Origin: Labilibaculum sp.
GTDB lineage: Bacteria; Bacteroidota; Bacteroidia; Bacteroidales; Marinifilaceae
Direction: 5' to 3'
DNA: 64,000 nt
NCBI RefSeq assembly: GCF_963664555.1
Contig: NZ_OY761461.1
Location: 3,511,769-3,575,768 of the forward strand
The notes beneath the pieces were generated by a model, which saw only the letters and a program-made list of their open reading frames with translations, was not told the DNA's origin and did not search any database. Positions 19,808-29,246 of the stretch are shown piece by piece. Made by a program: the position numbers and the translations under genes. Within the stretch, counting starts at the first letter, position 1, and each line of letters starts with the position of its first letter.

Positions 19808-19884
19808 TTTTTTATCTCCAATCAAAATTAAAGACCAATATATCTTTTTTTTGCCTTTCAGAAGCAATTCTTCATCTGAAAAGT

Positions 19885-19892
19885 TAAATTTG
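19885..19892 (+). promoter_or_regulatory. Possible -7 promoter box for the PLP-enzyme pair
   Basis: TAAATTTG about 95 nt upstream of ATG 19986. Confidence 0.4.
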
Positions 19893-19985
19893 TAACAGGC
19901 TTATAAATTATCTGTACTAACCACGCTAAAACAAACAAGTTAATTTGTATCATAAGTTTATAACTATTTAATCAATTTTTCGCGA

Positions 19986-21131
19986 ATGCATATTGAAACT
20001 TTACTTGCACATTTGGCTGAAGAAGGTGGCGTGCACGATCCATACGGGGCGTCGCACTTACCAATTTATCAAACAGCTACCTTTGATCTGAAAAAACAGT
20101 CCGGATCTAAAATTTACGATTACACCCGCTCTGATAATCCAACAAGAGATGCTTTGGAAACGGTTTTTGCCAAGGCTGAAAATGGGGCATCTTGTTCGTG
20201 CACTCATACCGGGATTGGAGCAATTGCCCTGCTTTTCGAAACTGTATTAAAAGCAAACAGTAAAATTTTGGTTGAAAAAGATTGTTATGGCGGCACTTAC
20301 CGACTTTTACAAGTGTATAAAGACAAATACAATGTAGAAGTTTTCTTTGCTGATTTTACTGATCTTTTGGAAATTCAAAACTTATTGGAAACCGAAAACT
20401 TTGATTTAGTTCTTTGTGAATCTCCCACCAATCCGGGAATGAAAATTATTGATTTAAGAGAATTGGCAAGGCTTGCCAAAAACAATGGAAGCAAATTTGC
20501 CGTTGATAACAGTCTCGCAACATTTGCATCTCAGAAACCGCTTGATTTGGGAGCTGATTTTTCTGTTTTCAGCGCTACAAAATACATTTCAGGACATGGA
20601 AGTACCGTTGCCGGTGCCTTGGTTTCCAAATCACAGGAAGATGGCGAAAAAGTTGCCTATTTTGCCAATGCCGAAGGTCGTTCCCAAAATCCTTTTGATG
20701 TGTTTTTAATCTCACTGGGAATACCTACTCTCCCCTTACGACTCAAGCATCATGAACAAAGTGCAATTCAGGTTGCTGAATATTTGGAGAAACACCCAAA
20801 AGTGAATAAGCTGGTGTATCCAGGTTCCAAAAATCATCCGCAACATGAGTTGGCAAAATCTCAAATGAAAATTTTCCCCGGCGTACTCACTGTTCACATG
20901 CAGAACGTTGAAACGGCTGAAAAATTGGTAGCAGCCACTCGCTGGTTTGGAGAAAAGGCCTCATTCGGAACTGCTGATTCCCGCATTGAAATTCCTGCTA
21001 AAATTAGTCATGCATCCTTTTCTAAAGAGGATCTGCAAGCGATTGGAATCTTCCCATCTACGGTTCGATTGTCCATCGGACTGGAACACATCGATGATCT
21101 GCATGAAGATTTAGAAAACGCACTTAAATAA
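19986..21131 (+). CDS. Cys/Met metabolism PLP enzyme (cystathionine gamma-synthase / beta-lyase family)
   Basis: PIYQTATF, YTRSDNPT, ESPTNP, VDNS, SATKYISGH (PLP lysine), VRLSIGLEHIDDL. Confidence 0.9.
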   Translation: MHIETLLAHLAEEGGVHDPYGASHLPIYQTATFDLKKQSGSKIYDYTRSDNPTRDALETVFAKAENGASCSCTHTGIGAIALLFETVLKANSKILVEKDCYGGTYRLLQVYKDKYNVEVFFADFTDLLEIQNLLETENFDLVLCESPTNPGMKIIDLRELARLAKNNGSKFAVDNSLATFASQKPLDLGADFSVFSATKYISGHGSTVAGALVSKSQEDGEKVAYFANAEGRSQNPFDVFLISLGIPTLPLRLKHHEQSAIQVAEYLEKHPKVNKLVYPGSKNHPQHELAKSQMKIFPGVLTVHMQNVETAEKLVAATRWFGEKASFGTADSRIEIPAKISHASFSKEDLQAIGIFPSTVRLSIGLEHIDDLHEDLENALK

Positions 21132-21135
21132 TTTA

Positions 21136-22653
21136 ATGGAAAAATGCATGGTTAAAACCCCATACCGAAACATAACTTGCGGAAAATCGATTCCACCACA
21201 CAATGTTCACGCTATTTCTGTTAGTCTTCCAACTATTCAGGATGTATATTCCTATGAAGAAAATAAGAATAACTGGCGGAATTGCATGGAAACAGGCTAT
21301 CCCCGCTTTTTCTGTCATCCTTACGAAAAAAAGGTTATTGAATATTTTAAGGCTCATTTTTCAATTAGCGAAGAGAAACATCTCTTCCTGTTTCCATCAA
21401 AATCCTCCTGTCAACTTGTAAGTAGTTTTTTTGAACTTAATTTCAGAGAATATGAATTAAACGGAATCTTCACCATTTCTGTTGATTCGCAAAATCCTGC
21501 TCTCAAAAAAGCATGCGACTTTATTCAGCATACCGGACACAAAGTTTTTTCGAGACAATTAGAGGATTTCTTACTCAAGCTAAAACTCATAAACAATCCC
21601 CATCAAGAGGAAATGCTTTCTACCAATCCGGAACAGCACGTTAAACAAGAACTCCAAAAACAGTTCCTGCTAGATAAAAATCAAAATATTGAACTATTTT
21701 CGAGTGGAATGAATGCAATATATTCTCTTTTTGAGGGCATTAATCAAATTCAAAAGCTAAAAAAAGCCACTGTTTTCATTCAATATGGTTGGTTATACAC
21801 CGATACCATAGATATTTTGAGAAAGTACAGTGAATCTTATTTTGAGGTAATCTGTGTTTACGACGAGAAAGAATTACTATTGATAATAGAAGCTAACAAA
21901 GGGAGAATTGCCGCAGTATTTACCGAAATCCCAACCAATCCTTTTCTTCACACTCCTAATTTGCCTTTTCTATATTCGCATTTAAGCAAGCTCAATATCC
22001 CATTAATTGTGGATGGAACAATTGGAACATGCGTGAATATGAATTATCTGCCTTATTGTGATTTTGCGGTAGAAAGCCTCACAAAATTTGCATCTGGAAT
22101 GGCTGATGTTATGGCTGGTTGTGTTGTTCCAAATCCTAATTCGAACTGGACAAAGAACAATTTGGTTAATTTAAAACCCTACCAACAAGAATTATACAGA
22201 AGAGATTTGGAACGAATTGCATTTCAAATTTCAGGTATGGAATCGAGAGTTAAATCCATTCAAAAAAATGTATTTGAATTGGCTCGTTTTTTCGAATCAC
22301 ATCCTGCTGTAAAGACAGTTAATTGGTCTCACCATAAAAGAAACAAAGCCAACTATTCGAAAATTGAAAAAGAAGAAAACAACTATACCGGTTTAATTTC
22401 TATTGAATTTGATGGCCCAATTGAAAAGTTCTATGATGCTCTTGAACTCCCGAAAGGTCCAAGCCTCGGTACAGAATTCACATTGGTAATGCCTTATTTT
22501 TATTTGGCTCATTACGATATGATTAAATCTGAAAAGGGACGAAAACTGCTTACCGAAAAGGAAATCAACTGGGAATTGGTTCGTATATCAGTGGGTACAG
22601 AGCCAATCGAAGAATTAATCAGAATTTTCGAAAAAGCCTTAAATCAAATCTAA
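21136..22653 (+). CDS. Long-form cystathionine gamma-synthase-like PLP enzyme (fungal Str2-like architecture)
   Basis: N-terminal GKSIPPHNVHAISVSLPT...YEE...GYPRFF, SSGMNAI, EIPTNP, ESLTKFASG, KGPSLGTEFTL, VRISVGTE. Confidence 0.8.
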   Translation: MEKCMVKTPYRNITCGKSIPPHNVHAISVSLPTIQDVYSYEENKNNWRNCMETGYPRFFCHPYEKKVIEYFKAHFSISEEKHLFLFPSKSSCQLVSSFFELNFREYELNGIFTISVDSQNPALKKACDFIQHTGHKVFSRQLEDFLLKLKLINNPHQEEMLSTNPEQHVKQELQKQFLLDKNQNIELFSSGMNAIYSLFEGINQIQKLKKATVFIQYGWLYTDTIDILRKYSESYFEVICVYDEKELLLIIEANKGRIAAVFTEIPTNPFLHTPNLPFLYSHLSKLNIPLIVDGTIGTCVNMNYLPYCDFAVESLTKFASGMADVMAGCVVPNPNSNWTKNNLVNLKPYQQELYRRDLERIAFQISGMESRVKSIQKNVFELARFFESHPAVKTVNWSHHKRNKANYSKIEKEENNYTGLISIEFDGPIEKFYDALELPKGPSLGTEFTLVMPYFYLAHYDMIKSEKGRKLLTEKEINWELVRISVGTEPIEELIRIFEKALNQI

Positions 22654-22658
22654 AAAAA

Positions 22659-22681
22659 AACTCCGAATCTCATTCGGAGTT
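22659..22681. terminator. Bidirectional terminator between convergent genes
   Basis: A tract, then AACTCCGAAT-CTC-ATTCGGAGTT. Confidence 0.75.
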
Positions 22682-22695
22682 CTTAATTTTAAAAT

Positions 22696-23778
22696 CTATA
22701 CAAGAGCCGGATAGTCGGTATATCCAACTTCGTTACCCCCGTAAAAAGTTTCTTTATTAGCTACATTCAATTCAGCTCCTTGTTCAAATCGTTTTTCTAA
22801 ATCAGGATTGGCTAAATAGGGTACTCCGAAAGAAACCAATTCTGCTTTTTTCGAAGCAATAACTTTATGACCTGTCTCTTTCGTAAATCCTCCATTCACC
22901 ATACGAACACCTTTGTACTGTTTCCCGTAATAATCAACCACATTCTTTATCAATTGAGGGTGATCATCAAGAGGCATCAATGGTTCAATCAAATGCAAAT
23001 AAGAAAGATCATATGCGTTCAATTTTTCAATCACATAATTAAAAATTGATGTTGGATCCGAATCTCCCATATCATTAAATAAACCACTAGGCGAAAGACG
23101 AATACCCACCGCTGAAGAATCCCAAACCTGCAGCGTTGCGTCTAAAACCTCAAACAGAAAACGGGCTCGATTCTCTACTGTTCCACCATATTTATCAGTT
23201 CGGTGGTTTGTTTTATCTTCCAAAAACTGATCGATTAAATAACCATTTGCTGCATGAATTTCAACGCCGTCAAAACCTGCATCCTTCGCATTTTTCGCTG
23301 CTTTTTTATAATCTTCCACAATGCTTGCAATCTCCTCTGTTTCCAAAGCTCTCGGAGTCACAAAATCTTTCAGTCCCTCATACGTAAATGCTTGTCCCGC
23401 CGGCCGAACAGCCGAAGGCGCTACCGGTAATTCTCCGTTGTGAAAATCAGGATGCGAAATTCGCCCAACATGCCAAAGTTGTATAAATATCTTTCCGCCT
23501 TTGTCATGAACAGCCTTTGTAACTTGTTTCCAGCCTTCCACCTGAACTTTACTATAAATTCCAGGCGTTGCCGGATACCCCATTCCTTGAGGCGAAATTT
23601 GACTGGCCTCTGTAATAATTAATCCTGCTCCTGCCCTTTGTTGGTAATATTCTGTCATTAGTTTGGTAGGAGCATTTCCTTCTCCAGCTCTGTTTCTGGT
23701 CATTGGAGCCATCACCATTCTATTTTCCAATTCGATTTTACCAATCGCAAAAGGAGTCAATAATGTATTTTTAATCAT
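22696..23778 (-). CDS. Old yellow enzyme / alkene reductase (NADH:flavin oxidoreductase, NemA-like)
   Basis: NRMVMAPMTRNRA, QLWHVGRISH, EIHAANGYLIDQF, RTDKYGG, ANPDL. Confidence 0.93.
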   Translation of the reverse strand: MIKNTLLTPFAIGKIELENRMVMAPMTRNRAGEGNAPTKLMTEYYQQRAGAGLIITEASQISPQGMGYPATPGIYSKVQVEGWKQVTKAVHDKGGKIFIQLWHVGRISHPDFHNGELPVAPSAVRPAGQAFTYEGLKDFVTPRALETEEIASIVEDYKKAAKNAKDAGFDGVEIHAANGYLIDQFLEDKTNHRTDKYGGTVENRARFLFEVLDATLQVWDSSAVGIRLSPSGLFNDMGDSDPTSIFNYVIEKLNAYDLSYLHLIEPLMPLDDHPQLIKNVVDYYGKQYKGVRMVNGGFTKETGHKVIASKKAELVSFGVPYLANPDLEKRFEQGAELNVANKETFYGGNEVGYTDYPALV

Positions 23779-24009
23779 CTTCTTTTTCGTTATTTTTATT
23801 TAATCAAGATATAAATAAGATTCTGATTTCTAAAAAAAGAAATATTAGAGATAAGTATAAATGAATTTATAGTTGCTATTTATTATTGAGCAAGAAAACA
23901 ATCAAGTTGAATTTCTATTGATCTCAAGATTGGTTTGTATCTTCGCTAAAAATTTGAAAAGAATGAAACGTCTGTGATTTAATAATTATTAACTCATACA
24001 TGAGCATGA

Positions 24010-25881
24010 TTGTTTAATCAAGATAAATTCTTTCTGACATCTTTAAACAATTTAAGACACATGAAACAAATAGAACTATTAGCTCCAGCCAAAAATATGG
24101 AAACAGGAATGGCTGCCATTAATTACGGAGCTGATGCTATATATATTGGTGCACCTAAATTTGGTGCCCGATCAGCCGCAGGAAATACTCTCGAAGATAT
24201 TGGGGAGTTGATTAAATATGCTCATAAATACTGGGCGAAAGTATTCATCACGATGAATACGATTCTATATGACCATGAATTAAAAGAAGCTGAAGAGCTG
24301 ATTCATAAACTTTATAAGCTTGGCGCTGATGCTTTAATTGTTCAGGATATGGGTGTTCTGGAAATGAATCTTCCTCCTATCGAACTTCATGCCAGTACAC
24401 AAACTCATAATTACGATATCGATCGGATTAAATTTTTAGAACAAGTCGGATTTAAAAGAATTATTCTTGCCCGGGAGCTTTCCTTGGATCAAATTAAAGA
24501 AATCCGCAAAAATACTACGGCAGAGCTTGAATATTTTATTCACGGCGCATTATGTGTTTCACTTAGTGGGCAGTGCTATTTCTCTCATGCTGTTGGCGGA
24601 CGCTCTGCAAATCGCGGAGAATGCAGTCAGGCTTGCCGGATGAAATACGATTTGGTTGACGGAGAAGGAAAAGTAATTGCGAAAGACAAACACCTGCTCT
24701 CTTTAAAAGACCTGAATCTCTCGGGTCATATGAAAGAATTGGTGGAAAGCGGCATTTGCTCTCTGAAAATTGAGGGACGTTTAAAAGACAGTTCCTATCT
24801 AAAGAATGTTACAAACTATTACAGAAAAGAATTAGATGATGTTTTTGCAAAGAAAAAAGAATTTGAAAAAGCATCGTCAGGGACAGTTAAACCAAACTTT
24901 GAACCGGATTTAGAGAGAACTTTTAACCGCGGTTTCACCAACTATTTTTTTACAGGTAGAATTCCCGAAATCGCAAATTTCCACACGCCAAAATCATTAG
25001 GAAAAGAAATTGGTAAGATTGTTGACATCCGAAAAGATCATTTTATAATTGATACCAAATTTGAAATTCACAATGGTGATGGTCTTTGCTTTTTTAATCA
25101 CAATAAGCTGTTAAAAGGAATTCTGGTGAATGGAGTAAAAGGGAAACAGGTTTTCCCAAATGAAATGAGCATGCTGGTTAAAGGTGCTGTTTTGTATCGT
25201 AATAACGATCACGAATTTGCCAAAATGCTAAAAAGAGACAACTCTATCAGAAGAATTTCAACGGATCTTTTTCTGGAATTTAAAGAAAATATTCTGACCT
25301 TATTTGCTGCAGATGAAGACGGCATTAGTGCTTCGGTTCAACTTAAGGAAGAGTTTGAATTGGCCCGCAATGCTGAAATGGCAATTACTAATCTTAAAAA
25401 TCAATTATCAAAATCGGGAGATTCAATCTACTCGATCAATTCCATTGACACCAACTTTACTGAAGCTCCCTTTGTTCAGGCCAAAGTGCTGAATGAGCTG
25501 CGCCGACAGGTTCTTGATTCTTTAACTGAAAATCGGCTTAATGCATTTCAACAGCCCAAAACGAGAGCGCTAATCTCGCATCCCAAATACCACACAAAAA
25601 ACCTGAATTATATGGGTAATGTGGTAAATTGTAAAGCCGAAGAGTTTTATCTCAAGTGTGGGGTCGAAAAAATCGAAAAAGGTTTCGAGTTGCAATCCAA
25701 TTTCAAAGGAAAAACACTCATGACCACAAAACATTGTTTGCGTCATGAATTTGGTCTGTGCAACAAAGAGGTCAGTACCGGACAAAAAACAAATCAACCA
25801 TTGTATCTTGTTGATAATAAAAATCGTTACAAACTTGAATTTCAGTGCCAGCGTTGCGAAATGAAAATTATTTTTGAATAG
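24010..25881 (+). CDS. Peptidase U32 family protein, RlhA-like RNA hydroxylase candidate (likely start ATG 24061)
   Basis: ELLAPA, GADAIYIG, E..HGALCVSLSGQC...NRGECSQACR Fe-S Cys set, SLKIEGR, DUF3656-like region. Confidence 0.88.
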   Translation: MFNQDKFFLTSLNNLRHMKQIELLAPAKNMETGMAAINYGADAIYIGAPKFGARSAAGNTLEDIGELIKYAHKYWAKVFITMNTILYDHELKEAEELIHKLYKLGADALIVQDMGVLEMNLPPIELHASTQTHNYDIDRIKFLEQVGFKRIILARELSLDQIKEIRKNTTAELEYFIHGALCVSLSGQCYFSHAVGGRSANRGECSQACRMKYDLVDGEGKVIAKDKHLLSLKDLNLSGHMKELVESGICSLKIEGRLKDSSYLKNVTNYYRKELDDVFAKKKEFEKASSGTVKPNFEPDLERTFNRGFTNYFFTGRIPEIANFHTPKSLGKEIGKIVDIRKDHFIIDTKFEIHNGDGLCFFNHNKLLKGILVNGVKGKQVFPNEMSMLVKGAVLYRNNDHEFAKMLKRDNSIRRISTDLFLEFKENILTLFAADEDGISASVQLKEEFELARNAEMAITNLKNQLSKSGDSIYSINSIDTNFTEAPFVQAKVLNELRRQVLDSLTENRLNAFQQPKTRALISHPKYHTKNLNYMGNVVNCKAEEFYLKCGVEKIEKGFELQSNFKGKTLMTTKHCLRHEFGLCNKEVSTGQKTNQPLYLVDNKNRYKLEFQCQRCEMKIIFE

Positions 25882-25920
25882 AATTAACCCAGATTTGAAC
25901 CCTATTTAAGAATTTAAGCT

Positions 25921-26592
25921 ATGGTTCACTATATAGAAAAATTAATTCGCGAAGGAGAACATCAGCAACAGGATTTTAAATTCTGCATTGCTGATTCCCG
26001 GAAAATTGCCAAATCCTTGTCTGCTTTTGCCAATACCGACGGAGGAAAATTACTTATTGGTGTGAAAGACAATGGGAAAATTGCCGGGGCAAAAGTAGAA
26101 GAGGAATTCCATATGATAAAAGCCGCTGCTGAGATGTACTGCCGTCCCAAAATTACTTTCGAAAGCAAAGTCTGGCAAATAAACGGAAAAAATGTTTTGG
26201 AAATCACTGTACATCCTTCAAAAAAAATGCCTCATTATGCCGAAAATGAGAAAGGGAAATGGTTGGCGTACCTGAGAAGAGATGATGAAAATATTTTGGC
26301 AAACAAAGTTCTTCTTGAAGTTTGGAAACAAAAATCAAAACCAATTGGCACTTATTTAAAATACACCGAAACAGAGACCATTCTAATGGAATACCTCAAT
26401 AATAATCAAGAGATTAGTCTCAATCTATTTTGCAGAATTGCAAAAATTAGTCGTTACAAGGCAGAACGAATAGTCGTGAAACTAATTTGCTGGAATGTTA
26501 TTGAATTGAGCTTTTATGAAGGAGGTACTAAATATCTCATAAAACGAGAAGAAAATTCAATTATACAACAACCACCTGTCAATGATTATTAA
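25921..26592 (+). CDS. AlbA_2 (Schlafen-like) domain protein with a C-terminal winged-helix-like region
   Basis: EGEHQQQDFK, IAKSLSAFANTDGGKLLIGVKDNG. Confidence 0.85.
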   Translation: MVHYIEKLIREGEHQQQDFKFCIADSRKIAKSLSAFANTDGGKLLIGVKDNGKIAGAKVEEEFHMIKAAAEMYCRPKITFESKVWQINGKNVLEITVHPSKKMPHYAENEKGKWLAYLRRDDENILANKVLLEVWKQKSKPIGTYLKYTETETILMEYLNNNQEISLNLFCRIAKISRYKAERIVVKLICWNVIELSFYEGGTKYLIKREENSIIQQPPVNDY

Positions 26593-26657
26593 GCCTTATA
26601 CATCTTATTACGAGCTAACTTACGCCATTCTGACATATTAAAAAAAAGCATAAAAAA

Positions 26658-26828
26658 ACCGCACTAATTAATAGGATTTTAAACTCCTAAATGACAGGAT
26701 TTGAGTGCCAGCCTGATCAAGTTTCCCCTGTGCCGAAACAACCCGAAGGTTGGGGCCTGCTTTAGCAAGCTTGTAGCTTTCTCGGTATCTTATAAATGTT
26801 GAGTTTAACAATCGCTAATTAATGCGGT
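26658..26828 (-). ncRNA. ssrS: 6S RNA (Bacteroidota type)
   Basis: About 170-nt element whose ends pair (ACCGCATTAATTAG / CTATTAATTAGTGCGGT, then TTAAACTC / GAGTTTAA). Minus-strand AACTCAACATT...ATACCGAGAAAGCTA resembles Bacteroidales-1/6S-Flavo from memory. A T tract follows the 3' end and no ORF covers it. Confidence 0.7.
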
Positions 26829-27034
26829 ATGCTATTATCTTATATACAAAGAACGTTCTCTTATTACTTGCAAGCTAAGGAAGAATCTCTGCTTTTGCAA
26901 GGCTTACGTTAATTTTTTTATTCTAAATTAAACAAATTCATGCTTCCATTTTCTCAAAGCTCAAGTTATTAAAACGTTATACAATCAAGACTCCCTGCAT
27001 AAAGCAGGAAATTTGGATCAATCAGCAATATTTG

Positions 27035-27042
27035 TATTTTTG
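27035..27042 (+). promoter_or_regulatory. -7 promoter box for tatD-tcdA
   Basis: TATTTTTG 20 nt before the GTG at 27062. Confidence 0.5.
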
Positions 27043-27061
27043 CCAAAAAATAGCTTCATCC

Positions 27062-27718
27062 GTGGTATCCTATATCAATATACATACGCATAACTGTAGT
27101 TATCAGTCCAATGTTCGTTCTATCCTACCAATTCAGTCGGAAGAACAACTGTTAGACAGCCAAACGGTATCTTATTCTGTAGGAATTCATCCATGGGCAA
27201 TTAAGTCCATAAACATTCCTTCGACATTGAATAACATAGAAAATCTGGCTTCATACCCGTCAGTTTTAGCCATTGGAGAAATAGGGCTTGATCGAATCAT
27301 CGAAACTCCTCTTTCCATTCAGAAAGAAATATTTTTGAAACAATTGCAGATAGCCGATCAGTTTAATAAGCCTGTAATTATCCATTGCGTAAAATGTTAT
27401 TCAGAAATAATCAGCATTCGTAAAAAAACAAATACTAAGCTGCCATGGATTATTCATGGATTTGTTAAGAACTTGCAAATTGCCGAAGATTTAATAGAAT
27501 TGGGATGTTACATTTCATTTGGAAAGGCTTTACTGATTAATAAGAATTTACAACACATTTTCAAAACACTTCCTGTAAAAAAAATATTTCTTGAAACGGA
27601 TGACAGTGATACAGATATTGAAGAAATATACAAAAAGGCAGCTACTATAAAAGATCTTAAAATAGAGGATCTACAAAAAGAATTACTATCAAATTTTACG
27701 ACCTGTTTTAATAAATGA
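27062..27718 (+). CDS. tatD: TatD family hydrolase (start placed at GTG 27062; ORF track starts at 27032)
   Basis: INIHTH, GIHPW, IGEIGLD, IIHCVK, IHGF, FLETDD. Confidence 0.88.
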   Translation: MVSYINIHTHNCSYQSNVRSILPIQSEEQLLDSQTVSYSVGIHPWAIKSINIPSTLNNIENLASYPSVLAIGEIGLDRIIETPLSIQKEIFLKQLQIADQFNKPVIIHCVKCYSEIISIRKKTNTKLPWIIHGFVKNLQIAEDLIELGCYISFGKALLINKNLQHIFKTLPVKKIFLETDDSDTDIEEIYKKAATIKDLKIEDLQKELLSNFTTCFNK

Positions 27719-28437
27719 TGAATACAGAATGGCTAAGTAGAACAGAACTGCTTCTTGGGAATGATAAATTGGACAAACTAAAAAATGCACATGTTCTGGT
27801 TGTTGGACTAGGTGGTGTTGGAGCTTACGCGGCAGAACAAATATGTCGCGCCGGTGTTGGAGAAATGACCATTGTTGATGGCGACGATATTGAAATTACA
27901 AATATCAACCGTCAACTCCCCGCAAGTATTAGTAATCTGGGGAAAGATAAGGCGAAAGTAATGGGCGAACGTCTTTTGGATATCAATCCTAATTTAAAAC
28001 TCAACGTACTTAACGAATACCTTCGTGACGAAAGAATGATTGAAGTTTTACGAGAAAAAAAGTACGACTATGTTTTGGATGCAATAGATACTTTGGCTCC
28101 AAAAATTTTTCTAATCTACCACAGTTTAAAAAACAATCTAAAAATTGTGAGCGCAATGGGTGCTGGAGGAAAAATGGACCCAACAAAAATTCAGATTACT
28201 GATATCTCCAAATCTTATAACTGCAAATTGGCAAGAATGCTTCGTAAAAAACTTCACCAATTGGGTGTACACGAGGGCGTACAAGTCGTTTTTTCTCCCG
28301 AAGAGGTATCTAAAGATGCAGTTGTACTCGCTGAAAGCAAAAATAAAAGATCAAATGTAGGTACCATTTCATATATGCCGCCTTTATTCGGATGCTTCTG
28401 CTCTTCGGTAGTAATAAATGGTTTATTATCAGATTAA
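27715..28437 (+). CDS. tcdA: tRNA threonylcarbamoyladenosine dehydratase (ThiF/E1-like)
   Basis: VVGLGGVG, VDGD...TNINRQ, DAID, MGAGGKMDP, LARMLRKKL, GTISYMPPLFG. Confidence 0.9.
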   Translation: MMNTEWLSRTELLLGNDKLDKLKNAHVLVVGLGGVGAYAAEQICRAGVGEMTIVDGDDIEITNINRQLPASISNLGKDKAKVMGERLLDINPNLKLNVLNEYLRDERMIEVLREKKYDYVLDAIDTLAPKIFLIYHSLKNNLKIVSAMGAGGKMDPTKIQITDISKSYNCKLARMLRKKLHQLGVHEGVQVVFSPEEVSKDAVVLAESKNKRSNVGTISYMPPLFGCFCSSVVINGLLSD

Positions 28438-28535
28438 TTATTTTCACAGTACAGAAAAGCAAGATTCGCTGTTGTTCGTTAAAATATTATTACATTGACA
28501 AGGACTAACGCATCGTTATTTCTAAACCAACTACC

Positions 28536-29042
28536 ATGATCTACTACGATATTCTTCCGTCTCCTTTGGGTAATTTGTTGCTTGTTGCAGATGATAGTGG
28601 TCTTAAACAAATTCTATTTGATGAAAAAAATCAATCAAATAAACTAAAACCAAATTGGATCAAAGATTCCAATAAATTAAAGACGGTTGCCGATCAATTA
28701 ATTTCCTACTTTACCAATGAGCGAACTACATTTGATATAAAACTCTCGCCTGATGGAACTGCTTTTCAAAAACAAATATGGAATCAACTTCTGAAGATTC
28801 CATATGGTGAAACATGTTCTTATCAGGATATTGCCATTGCTATTAATAAACCTTCTGCCTGTAGAGCAATCGGAATGGCCAATTCAAAAAACCCGATACC
28901 TATAATCATTCCCTGTCATCGGATTATCGGAAAAAATGGGAAACTTACGGGTTATGCCGGAGGACTTGCCAATAAAGCTAAACTACTAAAAATTGAAAAC
29001 ATTGATCTTACTCCTTCAAAAGAACAATATCTGCTGTTTTAA
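28536..29042 (+). CDS. ogt: Methylated-DNA--protein-cysteine methyltransferase
   Basis: GTAFQKQIW, IPYGET.SY, RAIGMAN, IIIPCHRIIG (active Cys), GYAGG. Confidence 0.95.
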   Translation: MIYYDILPSPLGNLLLVADDSGLKQILFDEKNQSNKLKPNWIKDSNKLKTVADQLISYFTNERTTFDIKLSPDGTAFQKQIWNQLLKIPYGETCSYQDIAIAINKPSACRAIGMANSKNPIPIIIPCHRIIGKNGKLTGYAGGLANKAKLLKIENIDLTPSKEQYLLF

Positions 29043-29246
29043 ATACCGTTTTCTCTTTATCTATCAGGCTCTTCTATCTTATTCATGTTTTATTCGTTTT
29101 TCCTGAATAAGAAATATAAATACGCGAAATAGCTTTGATATCATTGACAAATAGGCTAACTTGCGCAAGGCAATTTTATAGCTAAATGCTATTGATTTAG
29201 CTTGTGAAATTTGCAAAAAAAATCATAAAAATCAATATCCAATTAC

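Noticed and set aside
19813-19985. SAM riboswitch upstream of the Met/Cys enzymes
   Set aside because: No SAM-I or SAM-II consensus motifs are visible; the region is AT-rich with only a promoter-like box.
25921-26592. AlbA_2/Schlafen protein as a defence nuclease
   Set aside because: Short, unfused form in a housekeeping context with no sensor domain; no support for a defence role from the sequence.
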